This document shows, in pieces, positions 20,269-30,293 of a stretch of 57,420 nt of DNA. Source of the stretch: an uncultured virus (IMG/VR IMGVR_UViG_3300020048_000049) (lineage: Duplodnaviria; Heunggongvirae; Uroviricota; Caudoviricetes); IMG/VR virus record IMGVR_UViG_3300020048_000049. One strand, given 5' to 3'. The number at the start of each line of letters is the position of its first letter. The stretch's first letter is position 1. Below the pieces are notes generated by a model. The model was not told the DNA's origin, did not search any database, and saw only the letters and a program-made list of their open reading frames with translations. Made by a program: the position numbers and the translations under genes.

Positions 20269-20451
20269 ATGTCAAAATCGAGAATTAAAGAATTAGATAA
20301 AGAGCTAGGTATTCTAGAGGCTTCTTGCGATGCAGACAGCGATAAGGAATTTAGAGACGATTATCTAATATGTATTAAAGAAATAAACAAGGAGCTAATA
20401 GAATTAGGGGCAAAGAAATATTGCTCGGATTATGTAGATAATAACTCCTAA
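20269..20451 (+). CDS. Hypothetical protein
   Basis: ORF after element. Confidence 0.65.
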   Translation: MSKSRIKELDKELGILEASCDADSDKEFRDDYLICIKEINKELIELGAKKYCSDYVDNNS

Positions 20452-20507
20452 TAGCAAAGTCTCCATTTCTTTTTTTCTTTTTTATTGACCTATAAAATAA
20501 AAACGAT

Positions 20508-20702
20508 ATGTATATATTCGACTTAAATAATGCAAAAGACCGAGCAGTTTATTCAGGCTGTTATTTTCCAAGACAATACGGTTATATGAGTTCGGCAAAT
20601 CGAGCAATTAAAAACTTTAAGAAGAAATATGGAAATAGAAAGTTCTCTATAAATCAACTTGATGAAAATTGCTTTGAAGTGAACTTGCACAGAAAAAATT
20701 AA
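20508..20702 (+). CDS. Hypothetical protein
   Basis: ORF between elements. Confidence 0.65.
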   Translation: MYIFDLNNAKDRAVYSGCYFPRQYGYMSSANRAIKNFKKKYGNRKFSINQLDENCFEVNLHRKN

Positions 20703-20754
20703 ATAAGTTTTCTTTTTTTTAAATAACCTGACCTATAATATAAAATCAACCGAC

Positions 20755-21018
20755 ATGAGCAATAAAGAAAAAATAAAACAAAGAACACTTGACTTGTTAA
20801 AAGAAAGTTATGAACAAGCCGTTAAAAAGGTTGATAAAGCCCTTAATTCAGGAGCTATAGATACTGAGGGCTGGGATGAAAATTCAAATCCAATGATTAC
20901 GCCAAAGGCAATCGTTGTGGCTATCTTAACAGATGAAGTTCATCAATACAATTGTGTTGGTAGCTCTTTTGAGAAGCAAATCAAAAAGGAATCAAAAAAC
21001 ATTTACGCAATGATTTAA
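20755..21018 (+). CDS. Hypothetical protein
   Basis: ORF between elements. Confidence 0.75.
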   Translation: MSNKEKIKQRTLDLLKESYEQAVKKVDKALNSGAIDTEGWDENSNPMITPKAIVVAILTDEVHQYNCVGSSFEKQIKKESKNIYAMI

Positions 21019-21075
21019 ATCTTTTTTTTAAATAATTTGACCTATAATAATATAATCTAATTAAAATAAAAAACA

Positions 21076-21519
21076 ATGGGAAGTTTCAGTTGGAATAAAG
21101 CAGACACACTAACAGATATTGAAAATATAGCTTATGACAAGCCTTTTAAATTTTTAATCCCAAAGGAATTTGGCGGTGGATTTATAAAAGATACATACCA
21201 AGATTATGGCTATTTGGGGACAAAAGAAGATGGCGAACCAAAACATGATATGTATGAAATTTTAGCTTTTTGGAATAAAGCAAAGGGTTTAAAATGTGAT
21301 GGTGAACACCCACACATGAAAGAGATTGACGAGCACACAGACCACAACAGAGGTTTAGGTATTGATATTGGGTGCTATGATAAAGACATATTAAAATTAA
21401 AATACCCTTTGAAATTGGTATCGGCATCTTTTACTGGGACTTATGAGGACTTGGATACTCCTAGTTTCGGTGACCCTGACCAAGGTTTTTGTAGCAGAAA
21501 AAGAAATAGTAGACGATAA
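21076..21519 (+). CDS. Hypothetical phage protein
   Basis: MGSFSW...YQDYG...YEILAFWN...DPDQG. Confidence 0.8.
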   Translation: MGSFSWNKADTLTDIENIAYDKPFKFLIPKEFGGGFIKDTYQDYGYLGTKEDGEPKHDMYEILAFWNKAKGLKCDGEHPHMKEIDEHTDHNRGLGIDIGCYDKDILKLKYPLKLVSASFTGTYEDLDTPSFGDPDQGFCSRKRNSRR

Positions 21520-21552
21520 TTCTTTTTTTTAAATAACTTGACCTATAACAGT

Positions 21553-21792
21553 ATGACAACAATATCAAACAAAAGAAATAGAGTATTAGATTATTTCATT
21601 CAAAATGATGATGATGAATCTTTATTGGAGAAAATGGGCTTCTTGGGCAATGAGCAAGAGCACTTGTATGGAGATTGTGTTAAAAAAAGAGATGCTGAAT
21701 ACGACTACATATTTAAAAAATTGTCTGTAAATTATACGGACTTAGAAATAGTAACGTATTTTGATGACTTAGGGCTTGAAGAAATAAATTAA
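21553..21792 (+). CDS. Hypothetical protein (leaderless)
   Basis: ATG 5 nt after GACCTATA. Confidence 0.7.
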   Translation: MTTISNKRNRVLDYFIQNDDDESLLEKMGFLGNEQEHLYGDCVKKRDAEYDYIFKKLSVNYTDLEIVTYFDDLGLEEIN

Positions 21793-21830
21793 ACTAATTC
21801 TTTTTTTTAAAAACCTTGACCTATAACAAT

Positions 21831-22037
21831 ATGAAAACTAAAACCGTAACAGTAACCGTTCAAATCCAAATGGATATTCTGGACAATGGAAATGAAGTAA
21901 GTCAGGTTCAGGATGCATTAGAAAATATGAATAGAATTGTATCTTCGACCTTTACAAATGAAGAGCCACAAATATTCATCTCTGATATTTCAGGGGCAGA
22001 TATTTTTGATGTTCCAAAAGATGAGGATGAAGATTAA
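21831..22037 (+). CDS. Hypothetical acidic protein (leaderless)
   Basis: ATG 5 nt after GACCTATA. Confidence 0.7.
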   Translation: MKTKTVTVTVQIQMDILDNGNEVSQVQDALENMNRIVSSTFTNEEPQIFISDISGADIFDVPKDEDED

Positions 22038-22070
22038 TTCTTTTTTTTAAAAACTCTGACCTATAATAAT

Positions 22071-22487
22071 ATGAGAGAAAAAGTTATATTTGTAAGAAAT
22101 GAAAAATTTGATAATTCTGATTGTGTGAATAAATTTCCATATGAAGGTAAATCTTTTTTTGCGGTAAAATCTATTCATTCTAATAGATATAAAAAATTCA
22201 TTAGTGCTCCAATACATAATTTGAATGTTGATGACTTCACTATTTTAGGTTCAGAAAATATTAATATTAACAAAGTAAAAGCATTAAATTATGAAGAAGT
22301 TTCTGATTATGTTTTAGGCAAATCTAAAAAAATACCTGAACTTATCTCTTTTAATCCAAAAGAACATACTTTAGAATGGAACGTAAATGAATTAGAGATT
22401 TTAGGAATAAGTAAAAACGAAATTGAATCTTTTGGTGGTTGTTATTTTCATCCCAAAATTAAGTTTCAAGTTTTAATTATGGATTAA
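22071..22487 (+). CDS. Hypothetical protein (leaderless)
   Basis: ATG 5 nt after GACCTATA. Confidence 0.75.
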   Translation: MREKVIFVRNEKFDNSDCVNKFPYEGKSFFAVKSIHSNRYKKFISAPIHNLNVDDFTILGSENININKVKALNYEEVSDYVLGKSKKIPELISFNPKEHTLEWNVNELEILGISKNEIESFGGCYFHPKIKFQVLIMD

Positions 22488-22541
22488 TTCTTTTTTTTAA
22501 AAACTCTGACCTATAAAGATATAACCCCTTAAAAAACTAAA

Positions 22542-22922
22542 ATGGAAACTATCAAAGTAAGTAAAAAAGATTTAAAAAAAGCAGAACGTAGAATAGCTTT
22601 ACTTCCCAATGGAATACCTCGTTATATTCGTTGTTATGATAATGGCGGTGCAAGTGCTGATAGCTACACTGTTGTATTTACAGGACGTTACACACACAAA
22701 ACAGGAAATGAATTTTGGTATTTGGGAATGAGTGCAAACCCTTTTCACCCACAAGGTATTGGTTCACATGGTTCATCTCCACGTCCAATTGACACACCAA
22801 CATATAAACATTTAGGAAAAAAAATAGAGTTTAATGATTTACCTGAAGATTGTCAAAGATTAGTTACACAAGATTATCTTTACTTGTGGGACTTCACTGA
22901 TGAACGTGGTAATACATTATAA
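22542..22922 (+). CDS. Hypothetical phage protein
   Basis: YDNGGASADSYTVVF, PFHPQG and HLGKKI.F.DLP motifs. Confidence 0.85.
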   Translation: METIKVSKKDLKKAERRIALLPNGIPRYIRCYDNGGASADSYTVVFTGRYTHKTGNEFWYLGMSANPFHPQGIGSHGSSPRPIDTPTYKHLGKKIEFNDLPEDCQRLVTQDYLYLWDFTDERGNTL

Positions 22923-22926
22923 AGAG

Positions 22927-23172
22927 ATGGGGTGTCGTATAGTACTTGCGAGAGTGCAGCGATTGTCAGGTGTAATATTGTACATAAAAACCTGAGAGTT
23001 TCTGTACTTGGGCCTTGAGTGGCTCCGCTCCGTACCCATTAAAAATATGAGGGGGACCTCTAGACAGGATGGCAAATCCCTGCACGAAGCTTTCGAAAAT
23101 CCAGTTTTTGCCTGTACGACCTGTTGACAAAGCGAACCTCTGAGAACCTAGACGTCTAGACTCAGGGGTTTC
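22927..23172 (+). ncRNA. Putative structured RNA of unknown family
   Basis: GC-rich ~245 nt island with several hairpins, ending in AACCTCTGAG...CTCAGGGGTT plus T-tract. Confidence 0.45.
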
Positions 23173-23202
23173 TTTTTTTATCTCTCCCTGACCTATAACA
23201 AT

Positions 23203-23466
23203 ATGAAAACTATTCCAGATAAAACAAAAAAGATTCAACAAGAAAACTTTTCATCCTATCGAGAGATGAGAGATTGGATGTCTAATAATGGTTTTAAATT
23301 AAAAGGATATGTCCTTGAGGAACCGTGGAGAGATTTATTTGTTGAGCGTTGGGAAAAAAACGACCTTGTGGCGCTCTCCCTAGATTTGACGTTTCTCCCT
23401 AATTTTATGGAGATTCCATTATTGTTATTGCAAAAACCTTATCAGGTTGACATAGCAAAAATCTAA
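23203..23466 (+). CDS. Hypothetical protein (leaderless)
   Basis: ATG 5 nt after GACCTATA. Confidence 0.7.
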   Translation: MKTIPDKTKKIQQENFSSYREMRDWMSNNGFKLKGYVLEEPWRDLFVERWEKNDLVALSLDLTFLPNFMEIPLLLLQKPYQVDIAKI

Positions 23467-23512
23467 ATTCTTTTTTTAAATTAAACTGACCTATAAAGAA
23501 AAACATAAACCT

Positions 23513-23734
23513 ATGGCAAAGAAAAAAATATTTACAATTACTGCTCAGGAACAAGTGTCTCAATGGCAAAATGTTACCTATGTAGTTGAGGCTAAAAATG
23601 AAGCTGAGGCAAAACGCAAGATTAAACAAAATCCCCAAGAGCACTGTATTAATGTAGATGAAGTATTAAACGATACAGAGAGCGTATTAACTGTTGACTT
23701 CACCAATAATTATACTTGCGAAGAAAATGATTAA
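23513..23734 (+). CDS. DpnD/PcfM-like small protein
   Basis: FTIT..E.....YVVEAKNEAEA pattern. Confidence 0.55.
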   Translation: MAKKKIFTITAQEQVSQWQNVTYVVEAKNEAEAKRKIKQNPQEHCINVDEVLNDTESVLTVDFTNNYTCEEND

Positions 23735-23791
23735 TTCTTTTTTTTCTTTTCCTTGACCTATAATAATATAACAAATAAAAACAAAACAAAC

Positions 23792-24295
23792 ATGAAAAAA
23801 ATCATCACAAACATCTTTTTCTTTGCATTGTTCTTAGCGGCAATCCAATTAGCAGACACACAATTTGCAAAAGCCTTCAATACAGTCGCTGTAACGAGCG
23901 ATACAATTCGAGGGGACACACACACTGTTTTGGCTACGATGTACTCTCCTGAGGTTTCCCAATGCGATAAAGACCCATTGACAACGGCAGGGATGTATAA
24001 GATACCACCTGACAAGGCAAGTGAGCAAAAGTGGATAGCCATGTCAAGAGATTTAATATCCAGGTGGGGAGGCAAATTTAGGTATGGCGATATGGTAGAG
24101 ATAAAGGGTGCAGGGCATAAGGATGGAATCTATCGAGTCGTTGACACAATGAATAAAAGGTTTACAAATAGGATTGATTTTTTAGAGGATGTTGGCACAA
24201 AGCAGTATAGGTTTGATAATGTAACTTTAACTAAAATAGAATGGAAAACGAACAACATAAATCAATCGGAATCACAACAAGCGGAACGAGTCTGA
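23792..24295 (+). CDS. Secreted 3D-domain (MltA-type lytic transglycosylase-like) protein
   Basis: Signal peptide; ATMYSP..QCDKDP.TTA, IAMSRDL and VVDTMNKRFTNRIDF motifs. Confidence 0.8.
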   Translation: MKKIITNIFFFALFLAAIQLADTQFAKAFNTVAVTSDTIRGDTHTVLATMYSPEVSQCDKDPLTTAGMYKIPPDKASEQKWIAMSRDLISRWGGKFRYGDMVEIKGAGHKDGIYRVVDTMNKRFTNRIDFLEDVGTKQYRFDNVTLTKIEWKTNNINQSESQQAERV

Positions 24296-24609
24296 GTATC
24301 ACAAACTTGATTAAAGAGTACGAAAGTAAAGGGATTGACGTGGTTGTGATGGGTGCAGGGGATGAACCTCGTGTCTTTTTGGAAAGAGCAATGTCAGAGA
24401 AAGGTCCTTGTGTGGTTGTTATTGAGGATATTGATTTGATAATGAGGGGCAAGAATTTAAGTGATGAGTTGAATGAGTTAAAAAACCCACCTATCCCTAT
24501 CAGGAATTATCGAATGTTAGAACCGTATCAGGAAACTTTTATTCAAGATAAAAAGAAACCTTGGGAATCACAGCGAAGAGTTAAGAAATTTAAAAGAGGG
24601 GGACGCTAA
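24241..24609 (+). CDS. Hypothetical protein (AAA Walker-B-like segment)
   Basis: PCVVVIEDIDLI; no clear Walker A. Confidence 0.55.
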   Translation: MENEQHKSIGITTSGTSLSITNLIKEYESKGIDVVVMGAGDEPRVFLERAMSEKGPCVVVIEDIDLIMRGKNLSDELNELKNPPIPIRNYRMLEPYQETFIQDKKKPWESQRRVKKFKRGGR

Positions 24610-24650
24610 GTCTCCCTTTCTTTTTTTTAAATAACCTGACCTATAATAAT

Positions 24651-24935
24651 ATGAGCAAACTAAAAGTATATCAAGCAAAAAATCCGACCTTCGGAATGGG
24701 TGGACATCCTGAATTCAATGAGCAGAATTTTGACCTTGTGGCAGAACTTACTGGCGAGCATTTAGACGATGCCTTTCATTTGACAAACCATATAGACAGA
24801 GATTGGACAGAACGAGTTCGTGAGGGGTTTATTGTGGTAAAAAAAGACAGCCGCTCCACTTCTGTTGGCGATGTGGTTGTTCAGGACGGAATTCCTTACC
24901 GCTGTGAAAATAGAGGGTGGAAAGAAATTAAGTAA
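24651..24935 (+). CDS. YodL-like domain protein (leaderless)
   Basis: LDDAFHLTN...RSTSVGDVVV pattern. Confidence 0.65.
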   Translation: MSKLKVYQAKNPTFGMGGHPEFNEQNFDLVAELTGEHLDDAFHLTNHIDRDWTERVREGFIVVKKDSRSTSVGDVVVQDGIPYRCENRGWKEIK

Positions 24936-24977
24936 ATTCTTTTTTTTAAATAACTTGACCTATAAATAAAAAACATT

Positions 24978-25208
24978 ATGGCAAATCATACAACTGGCGC
25001 AGAGAGACGCAATAAGCAATACAACAAGATATGGAGCAAGTATCATGAGATAGAGGCTGCAAAGAAGGACTATTTGCCTACCTGCACAGAGTATGCTTAT
25101 TTTTTAGATAAGGCTGTTGAGAAATTAAAAATCTCAAAGGACGAGGCTAGAAATAAATACGGCTCATTTACTTATGGGCAATGGAAAGAACTTTTGCAAG
25201 TGTGGTAA
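24978..25208 (+). CDS. Hypothetical protein
   Basis: ORF between elements. Confidence 0.75.
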   Translation: MANHTTGAERRNKQYNKIWSKYHEIEAAKKDYLPTCTEYAYFLDKAVEKLKISKDEARNKYGSFTYGQWKELLQVW

Positions 25209-25241
25209 TTCTTTTTTTATTAATCTTTGACCTATAATATT

Positions 25242-25511
25242 ATGAAAACAAAATATCAGGATAAATACAAAAAACTGGAGCAGGAAATATCTGTTAAGAT
25301 AGATGCTTTGATTAAGAGAAAAGGTGTTGTGAGTCAATTTTCAAACAAAAAAGTGTTGAAATTAAATGATGAAAATCAATATAACATGGTGGGCTGTAAT
25401 ACCTATGCTGTAGAGATTACAGGCAGTTATATTGTAGGAGAAAATGGACACGATTACTTTTATTCATCACTATCATTAGAAACACTTTGTAAAATTGTAG
25501 ATTCTTTTTAA
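25242..25511 (+). CDS. Hypothetical protein (leaderless)
   Basis: ATG 5 nt after GACCTATA. Confidence 0.7.
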   Translation: MKTKYQDKYKKLEQEISVKIDALIKRKGVVSQFSNKKVLKLNDENQYNMVGCNTYAVEITGSYIVGENGHDYFYSSLSLETLCKIVDSF

Positions 25512-25528
25512 ATTAAAAACAAAACGAC

Positions 25529-25735
25529 ATGATAGATATTAAACTTTCAAACGGAGACCTTTCAAGAGACCTTGAAAAAATCAAGGACTATCATAGACCA
25601 AAACTTGTTAAAAGTTCTTTTGATAATGATGGAGAAACGACATACACCATTGAGGTTTTGGATAACTCTTATTTCTATATAAATGTAGAAGATAGAGATG
25701 AAGATTTCAGAAAACTTTGGGAAGAAATATATTAA
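25529..25735 (+). CDS. Hypothetical protein
   Basis: ORF ending at the next element. Confidence 0.7.
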   Translation: MIDIKLSNGDLSRDLEKIKDYHRPKLVKSSFDNDGETTYTIEVLDNSYFYINVEDRDEDFRKLWEEIY

Positions 25736-25787
25736 TTCTTTTTTTTAACTCTCCCTGACCTATAAAGATATAACCAAAATAAATATT

Positions 25788-26090
25788 ATGACACGTATAA
25801 ATGCAAAAGAATTAGCTAAGGGCTTACTTGATAGTGAGTTCGATGAAGTAAATAATAATCCAGTTGATTATTGTGAGTCTATGGGCTGGGAAAAAGATGG
25901 AGCATCAACAAAAAGAGCTATCAAGAAAGCAGGTGTTATGAGTTATGATGAAGATGAACTTTTAAAGTTAACATTAATTATTGTTGACTTGGTTATGGAT
26001 AATGACATATTTGGAACCATTGAAATTTCAGAAAATGATAAAGTTTCAGATTTTTTGGTAAATTGTGTTGCTGAACATATTAATCGTTAA
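25788..26090 (+). CDS. Hypothetical protein
   Basis: ORF between elements. Confidence 0.75.
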   Translation: MTRINAKELAKGLLDSEFDEVNNNPVDYCESMGWEKDGASTKRAIKKAGVMSYDEDELLKLTLIIVDLVMDNDIFGTIEISENDKVSDFLVNCVAEHINR

Positions 26091-26123
26091 TTCTTTTTTT
26101 TAAATAACCTGACCTATAAGTTT

Positions 26124-26315
26124 ATGCAATACATAGTAAATAATATAAAATACGATACTGATGGCGAAGATATTAACTTGCCTGAAACTTTAACTGTTGA
26201 CGTTCCTAGTCATATAACAGACCCTGATGAAATTGGTGAGTTTGTGAGTGATGAAATAAGCAATCAAACAGGCTTTTGTCATCTTGGGTTTAGTACAACT
26301 CCTGAAATTCATTAA
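26124..26315 (+). CDS. Hypothetical acidic protein (leaderless)
   Basis: IKYDTDGE...LP...ISNQTGFCH. Confidence 0.75.
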   Translation: MQYIVNNIKYDTDGEDINLPETLTVDVPSHITDPDEIGEFVSDEISNQTGFCHLGFSTTPEIH

Positions 26316-26356
26316 TTCTTTTTTTTAATTAACCTGACCTATAAATAAAAAACATC

Positions 26357-26554
26357 ATGGAAAAATTCTTAAAAGATATTAACTTCAAAGACCTTAAAGG
26401 ACAAAAAGCTACTTTAGTTGAAATGGCTACAAAGTCTAAAGGTAAAGAAAAAGATGCGCTTGAATCTGTTATCTGCATACTTGATGCTTTGCAGGATGAA
26501 GCAGTAGACAATTACGGTTACAAAGAAGAAGAAGTGTTTGATTTAGAACCATAA
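26357..26554 (+). CDS. Hypothetical protein
   Basis: ORF after element. Confidence 0.7.
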   Translation: MEKFLKDINFKDLKGQKATLVEMATKSKGKEKDALESVICILDALQDEAVDNYGYKEEEVFDLEP

Positions 26555-26730
26555 AATTATGAACGAGCCAATAATCAAAGAACCTATGTTTGTTTCAGTT
26601 GAAACACACGCCTATCGCAAATATGTTGAGCAGGCAAAAACATATACCAAACCTCTCCCTTTCAAAAAGTGGTTGGATGAGATATTGAATTTAAGATTTA
26701 GTTGTTAATTCTTTTTAAAATAAAAACAAA

Positions 26731-26964
26731 ATGGCAAAAGTAGATATTAAAACAAGAGGAGTAAGAGGCGGTGAGTTCTCTGCAATAAAAGAAACAGCAC
26801 ATGTAGTTGTGTTTGTGGATGGTGCTGATTATATTTCAGTTGATTCTTTTGAAGGACAAGGAAATTCCTATAAAAAAAGAAATAAATCTCAAATAGAGAT
26901 TCAAATTGGAGACGCTTATTTCAAAGGCACAGCTGAGGAACTATATGAGATTTTAAAAAAGTAA
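26731..26964 (+). CDS. Hypothetical protein
   Basis: ORF ending at the next element. Confidence 0.7.
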   Translation: MAKVDIKTRGVRGGEFSAIKETAHVVVFVDGADYISVDSFEGQGNSYKKRNKSQIEIQIGDAYFKGTAEELYEILKK

Positions 26965-27021
26965 ATTCTTTTTTTCTTTTTTACTGACCTATAATGTTAT
27001 AACCCCCTAAATAAAATAACA

Positions 27022-27441
27022 ATGACAAAAGCAGAATTTTCAAAACAAGCTATGGCTCAATATAGAGCCACAATTGAAAAAGCAGTTAAAGGCACTGACT
27101 GGGTGTCTGAGATGAATTTTATCTACTCGCCCTCTTCAATTTTTCGTGTATGGTATGACCATGATGCTGAAAATGGTAAAGGGTTATTTATGCACCGTTG
27201 GTGTAGTGTTCAAAAAATTGAATCTCATGATGCAGAGCATAAAATCTTACGTCAAGCAGGGCAAATCTTATCAGCAGATACAGATAAAGAAATTAAAGTA
27301 ATGGTTGATATTTTGCGTAAAGCATTGACAGTAGACCCAAAACAAACAATTGATTATATTGATGGCATTAAAACTTGGCACAATGTAGAATATAGTTTTA
27401 CAGTTAAATCAGCTTGTGAGTATATTGGAATTGAGGTATAA
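27022..27441 (+). CDS. Hypothetical protein
   Basis: ORF after element. Confidence 0.8.
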   Translation: MTKAEFSKQAMAQYRATIEKAVKGTDWVSEMNFIYSPSSIFRVWYDHDAENGKGLFMHRWCSVQKIESHDAEHKILRQAGQILSADTDKEIKVMVDILRKALTVDPKQTIDYIDGIKTWHNVEYSFTVKSACEYIGIEV

Positions 27442-27527
27442 TATCAACAAAACAATTGAAAGTGTGGATAATAACCCACACTTTCTTTTTTTTAAATAAC
27501 CTGACCTATAAATAAAAAACAAACCCC

Positions 27528-27917
27528 ATGGACAAAATGAGAATTGCAACAATGAAAAAGAACACCAAGTATAATGATGGCAAAAGACTATCAATTGGCG
27601 AAGAAGTGGCTATACAAAAAACAGCATTAGCAGGTGGACGTGAATCCTATGTAGCTTCAAGACCTGAGGGTAAAGGATTGTTATCAATGGAGGTTACTCC
27701 CAGTATGTTTGAGTACACTGATGATGAAACGTTTATTGTATTTGTAAAACGTGAAATAACCTCTTATCGAAACGTGGAGGTAAAAGCAAGAACAAAAAAA
27801 GATGCTGAACGTTTGGCTTTGGAACTGGCTGTTAATTTACAGTTTGATGAACCTGAAACCAATCATACGTTTCATGGTGCTATGACTGAAAGTGAATATG
27901 CAAAACTTTTAAAATAA
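27528..27917 (+). CDS. Hypothetical protein, C-terminal DpnD/PcfM-like segment
   Basis: FIVFVKREITSYRNVEVKARTKKDAE. Confidence 0.65.
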   Translation: MDKMRIATMKKNTKYNDGKRLSIGEEVAIQKTALAGGRESYVASRPEGKGLLSMEVTPSMFEYTDDETFIVFVKREITSYRNVEVKARTKKDAERLALELAVNLQFDEPETNHTFHGAMTESEYAKLLK

Positions 27918-27924
27918 AAAAGAT

Positions 27925-28152
27925 ATGAAAGCAACCTATGTAAGTGTTTGGGACAATGGAGATAATATCTTCGAGAGTGAATGTGATTTTAATCCTGAAA
28001 CAAAGGAGGCAACAAATGTAGAGTCTTTGGATGTGGATGACGTTGAGTTGTTCTATGTTGATAAGGAATTTATTAGACTTGCCGATGGAACAGAAATTGA
28101 GGATTTTGTTTTAGATGGAACAGAATATAAAGATGGGCAACGAGAAGATTAA
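27925..28152 (+). CDS. Hypothetical acidic protein
   Basis: ATYVSVWD..G...C motif. Confidence 0.75.
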   Translation: MKATYVSVWDNGDNIFESECDFNPETKEATNVESLDVDDVELFYVDKEFIRLADGTEIEDFVLDGTEYKDGQRED

Positions 28153-28209
28153 ACTCTCCCTTTCTTTTTTTTAAATAACCTGACCTATAAAATTATAAAA
28201 CAAACAGCC

Positions 28210-28524
28210 ATGCAAAAAATAACAATCATAAAAAAGATTAAAAGTATTATAACAGACTATGGTACATTTAACATTCAAGAAGTAGAAAACTGTAACGGAG
28301 TTGTAGTTAATGAAATGGGCAAACTCGTTTCAATAGCAGAGGCTTTTACACATAGTGGGGTAGAGGTAGCGGTTTATGAACCAAGTAGCTTTAGTAGTGA
28401 TGGCAGTGATGAACACGAAATTTTATATGAAGACTTATCAAAGGAAATTTTAGAAGAGTTGTTAGTAATTGCCGAACTTTATGAAGTTGACCAAGAAAAA
28501 ACAGTAAAACGTTGTTCTAATTAA
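28210..28524 (+). CDS. Hypothetical protein
   Basis: ORF between elements. Confidence 0.75.
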   Translation: MQKITIIKKIKSIITDYGTFNIQEVENCNGVVVNEMGKLVSIAEAFTHSGVEVAVYEPSSFSSDGSDEHEILYEDLSKEILEELLVIAELYEVDQEKTVKRCSN

Positions 28525-28801
28525 ATTCTTTTTTTAACTCTCCCTGACCTATAAATAAAAAACAACATGGCAAAATTTAAAATAGTTGACAGCTTTGATA
28601 ACCATTGCTTTAAATCAAAAAGCTTTAATAGTTATGAAGATGGGTGGGATTTTTTATATCAAAAATATCCTGTAATCAAGAATGCTGACGGTACACAAAA
28701 CGACAGGGATGAAGAATTGGGAGAATACTTTGTTGTAAAAAAATAATTCTTTTTTTAAATTAAACTGACCTATAACAGTATAACCAAAAAAATTAAACAA
28801 C

Positions 28802-29191
28802 ATGAAATCATTTAAAGTTCGTTTCCACTTAGCTAAAGGCAAAAACTTTCAGAAATGGCAGATAACAAACCCCTGTGGCAATATCGCATATTTCGACCCA
28901 GCAGAGGTAGAGTTGGTTTTAAGTGATTGTGTGTTGAAGAACCACAAAAAAGTTGCTCAAAGCATCTTTAATGGAGCAAATAAAACTGTTTGTGCTTGGG
29001 TATTATGTAATGAAGTAATTATACGCAGCTCGATAAAATCAACACCTTTTGGGGTAGACCCTGACATGCAGGTATCTTATAATCCTAGAGTTATGCCGAA
29101 CTGGATGTTTGAGAATGCGGCTGTTGATAATCAAAAGTTTAATCAACTGGTTAGTTTCAATAGAAAATTGTATGTAAATAAAATTGTATAA
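28802..29191 (+). CDS. Hypothetical phage protein
   Basis: KVRFHLAKGKNFQKWQ, KTVCAWV and YNPRV.P.W motifs. Confidence 0.8.
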   Translation: MKSFKVRFHLAKGKNFQKWQITNPCGNIAYFDPAEVELVLSDCVLKNHKKVAQSIFNGANKTVCAWVLCNEVIIRSSIKSTPFGVDPDMQVSYNPRVMPNWMFENAAVDNQKFNQLVSFNRKLYVNKIV

Positions 29192-29195
29192 GACT

Positions 29196-29762
29196 ATGAA
29201 ACCGATGCAAATAGAAATAGGAGAATGGTGGTATAAAGGTTGTTTTATACAAAAACAAGACCATCCACAATTAGCTAAATATGTTATATTTGCTGACACA
29301 AAAGGGCAGGAACATATCAATACAGCTTGGACTTTTGCTGAAGCTAAGAAGATTGCTTCTGATAATGAAGTAAAGGAATATAATTTAGGCATTGAAGCAT
29401 TTGGTTTTAAAAAACCAACAGCAAAGAAACTTAAACAATACAGGATACACATGATGTACCGAGGAATGCAACCTACATATGTTGTATGTGCATATACTAA
29501 AAAAGAAGCTTGTGAGCTGTTAGATATATCAATGGGTTACCTTAGCGGTTATGCTAATGTAACAGATGAGCCAAATGAACAGGTATGTATTGATAACCCA
29601 CATAAGGTTTATGCTTGTCTTGACAGCGGAGAGTTTATGTATGTGCATAAGGAATTGATGCGTGTTTATATGCCTAGAGAGGAATTACACACATTGATAG
29701 AAGCGCACAGGAAAAAGTACCCAACATACCAAGATATGTTAAATGCTTTAAAACTAGATTAA
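29196..29762 (+). CDS. Hypothetical protein
   Basis: Long ORF in a three-gene unit. Confidence 0.8.
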   Translation: MKPMQIEIGEWWYKGCFIQKQDHPQLAKYVIFADTKGQEHINTAWTFAEAKKIASDNEVKEYNLGIEAFGFKKPTAKKLKQYRIHMMYRGMQPTYVVCAYTKKEACELLDISMGYLSGYANVTDEPNEQVCIDNPHKVYACLDSGEFMYVHKELMRVYMPREELHTLIEAHRKKYPTYQDMLNALKLD

Positions 29763-29953
29763 TGGACAAATACCCAAAAGATAAAGAGCTAGAGGGCATA
29801 TACGTCAAAAGATGTAAGTGTGGCGCAAGACCTTATTATGATAGGGTTTGCAGCGGAGGTGGTGGCGAGTGGATTGCATGTAATTGTGGCAGGACTGGTG
29901 AAAGTGGATTGACTAAACAGGAAGCTATTGATAATTGGAATGCAGCTAAATAA
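29762..29953 (+). CDS. Lar-like restriction-alleviation protein
   Basis: KRCKCG...IACNCG...TKQEAIDNWN pattern. Confidence 0.65.
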   Translation: MDKYPKDKELEGIYVKRCKCGARPYYDRVCSGGGGEWIACNCGRTGESGLTKQEAIDNWNAAK

Positions 29954-29988
29954 AATTCTTTTTTTTAAAAAACCTGACCTATAACATT

Positions 29989-30246
29989 ATGAAAAATATA
30001 TATGAAATGTATACAGCAGCTGGCGAGAGAGCGTGTGACAGCTTAGTAAAGCGTGTTACCAAAAAGATACAAGGAACCAAGCGTGTAACAGCCAAGGAGA
30101 TTGAGGATATGGTAGATAAGGGTATGGAGAAAATTGCTGTTAAGCATGGTGAAGTATTTGATACTGAACCTAGATGGCATATAAAAGATTATGTTGATAA
30201 AGCCATGGCTGATAATGGATATAAAAAAGTTTATGCTGATTGGTAA
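29989..30246 (+). CDS. Hypothetical protein (leaderless)
   Basis: ATG 5 nt after GACCTATA. Confidence 0.75.
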   Translation: MKNIYEMYTAAGERACDSLVKRVTKKIQGTKRVTAKEIEDMVDKGMEKIAVKHGEVFDTEPRWHIKDYVDKAMADNGYKKVYADW

Positions 30247-30293
30247 ATTCTTTTTTTTAACGACCCTGACCTATAACATTAAATACACCAGCT

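Noticed and set aside
22927..23172. tmRNA
   Set aside because: No recognisable T-arm/CCA end or tag reading frame, and it is short.
24241..24609. Functional AAA ATPase
   Set aside because: Only a Walker-B-like segment, too short, and no clear Walker A.
27464..27472. Perfect DnaA box TGTGGATAA
   Set aside because: Isolated and part of a terminator-like hairpin.
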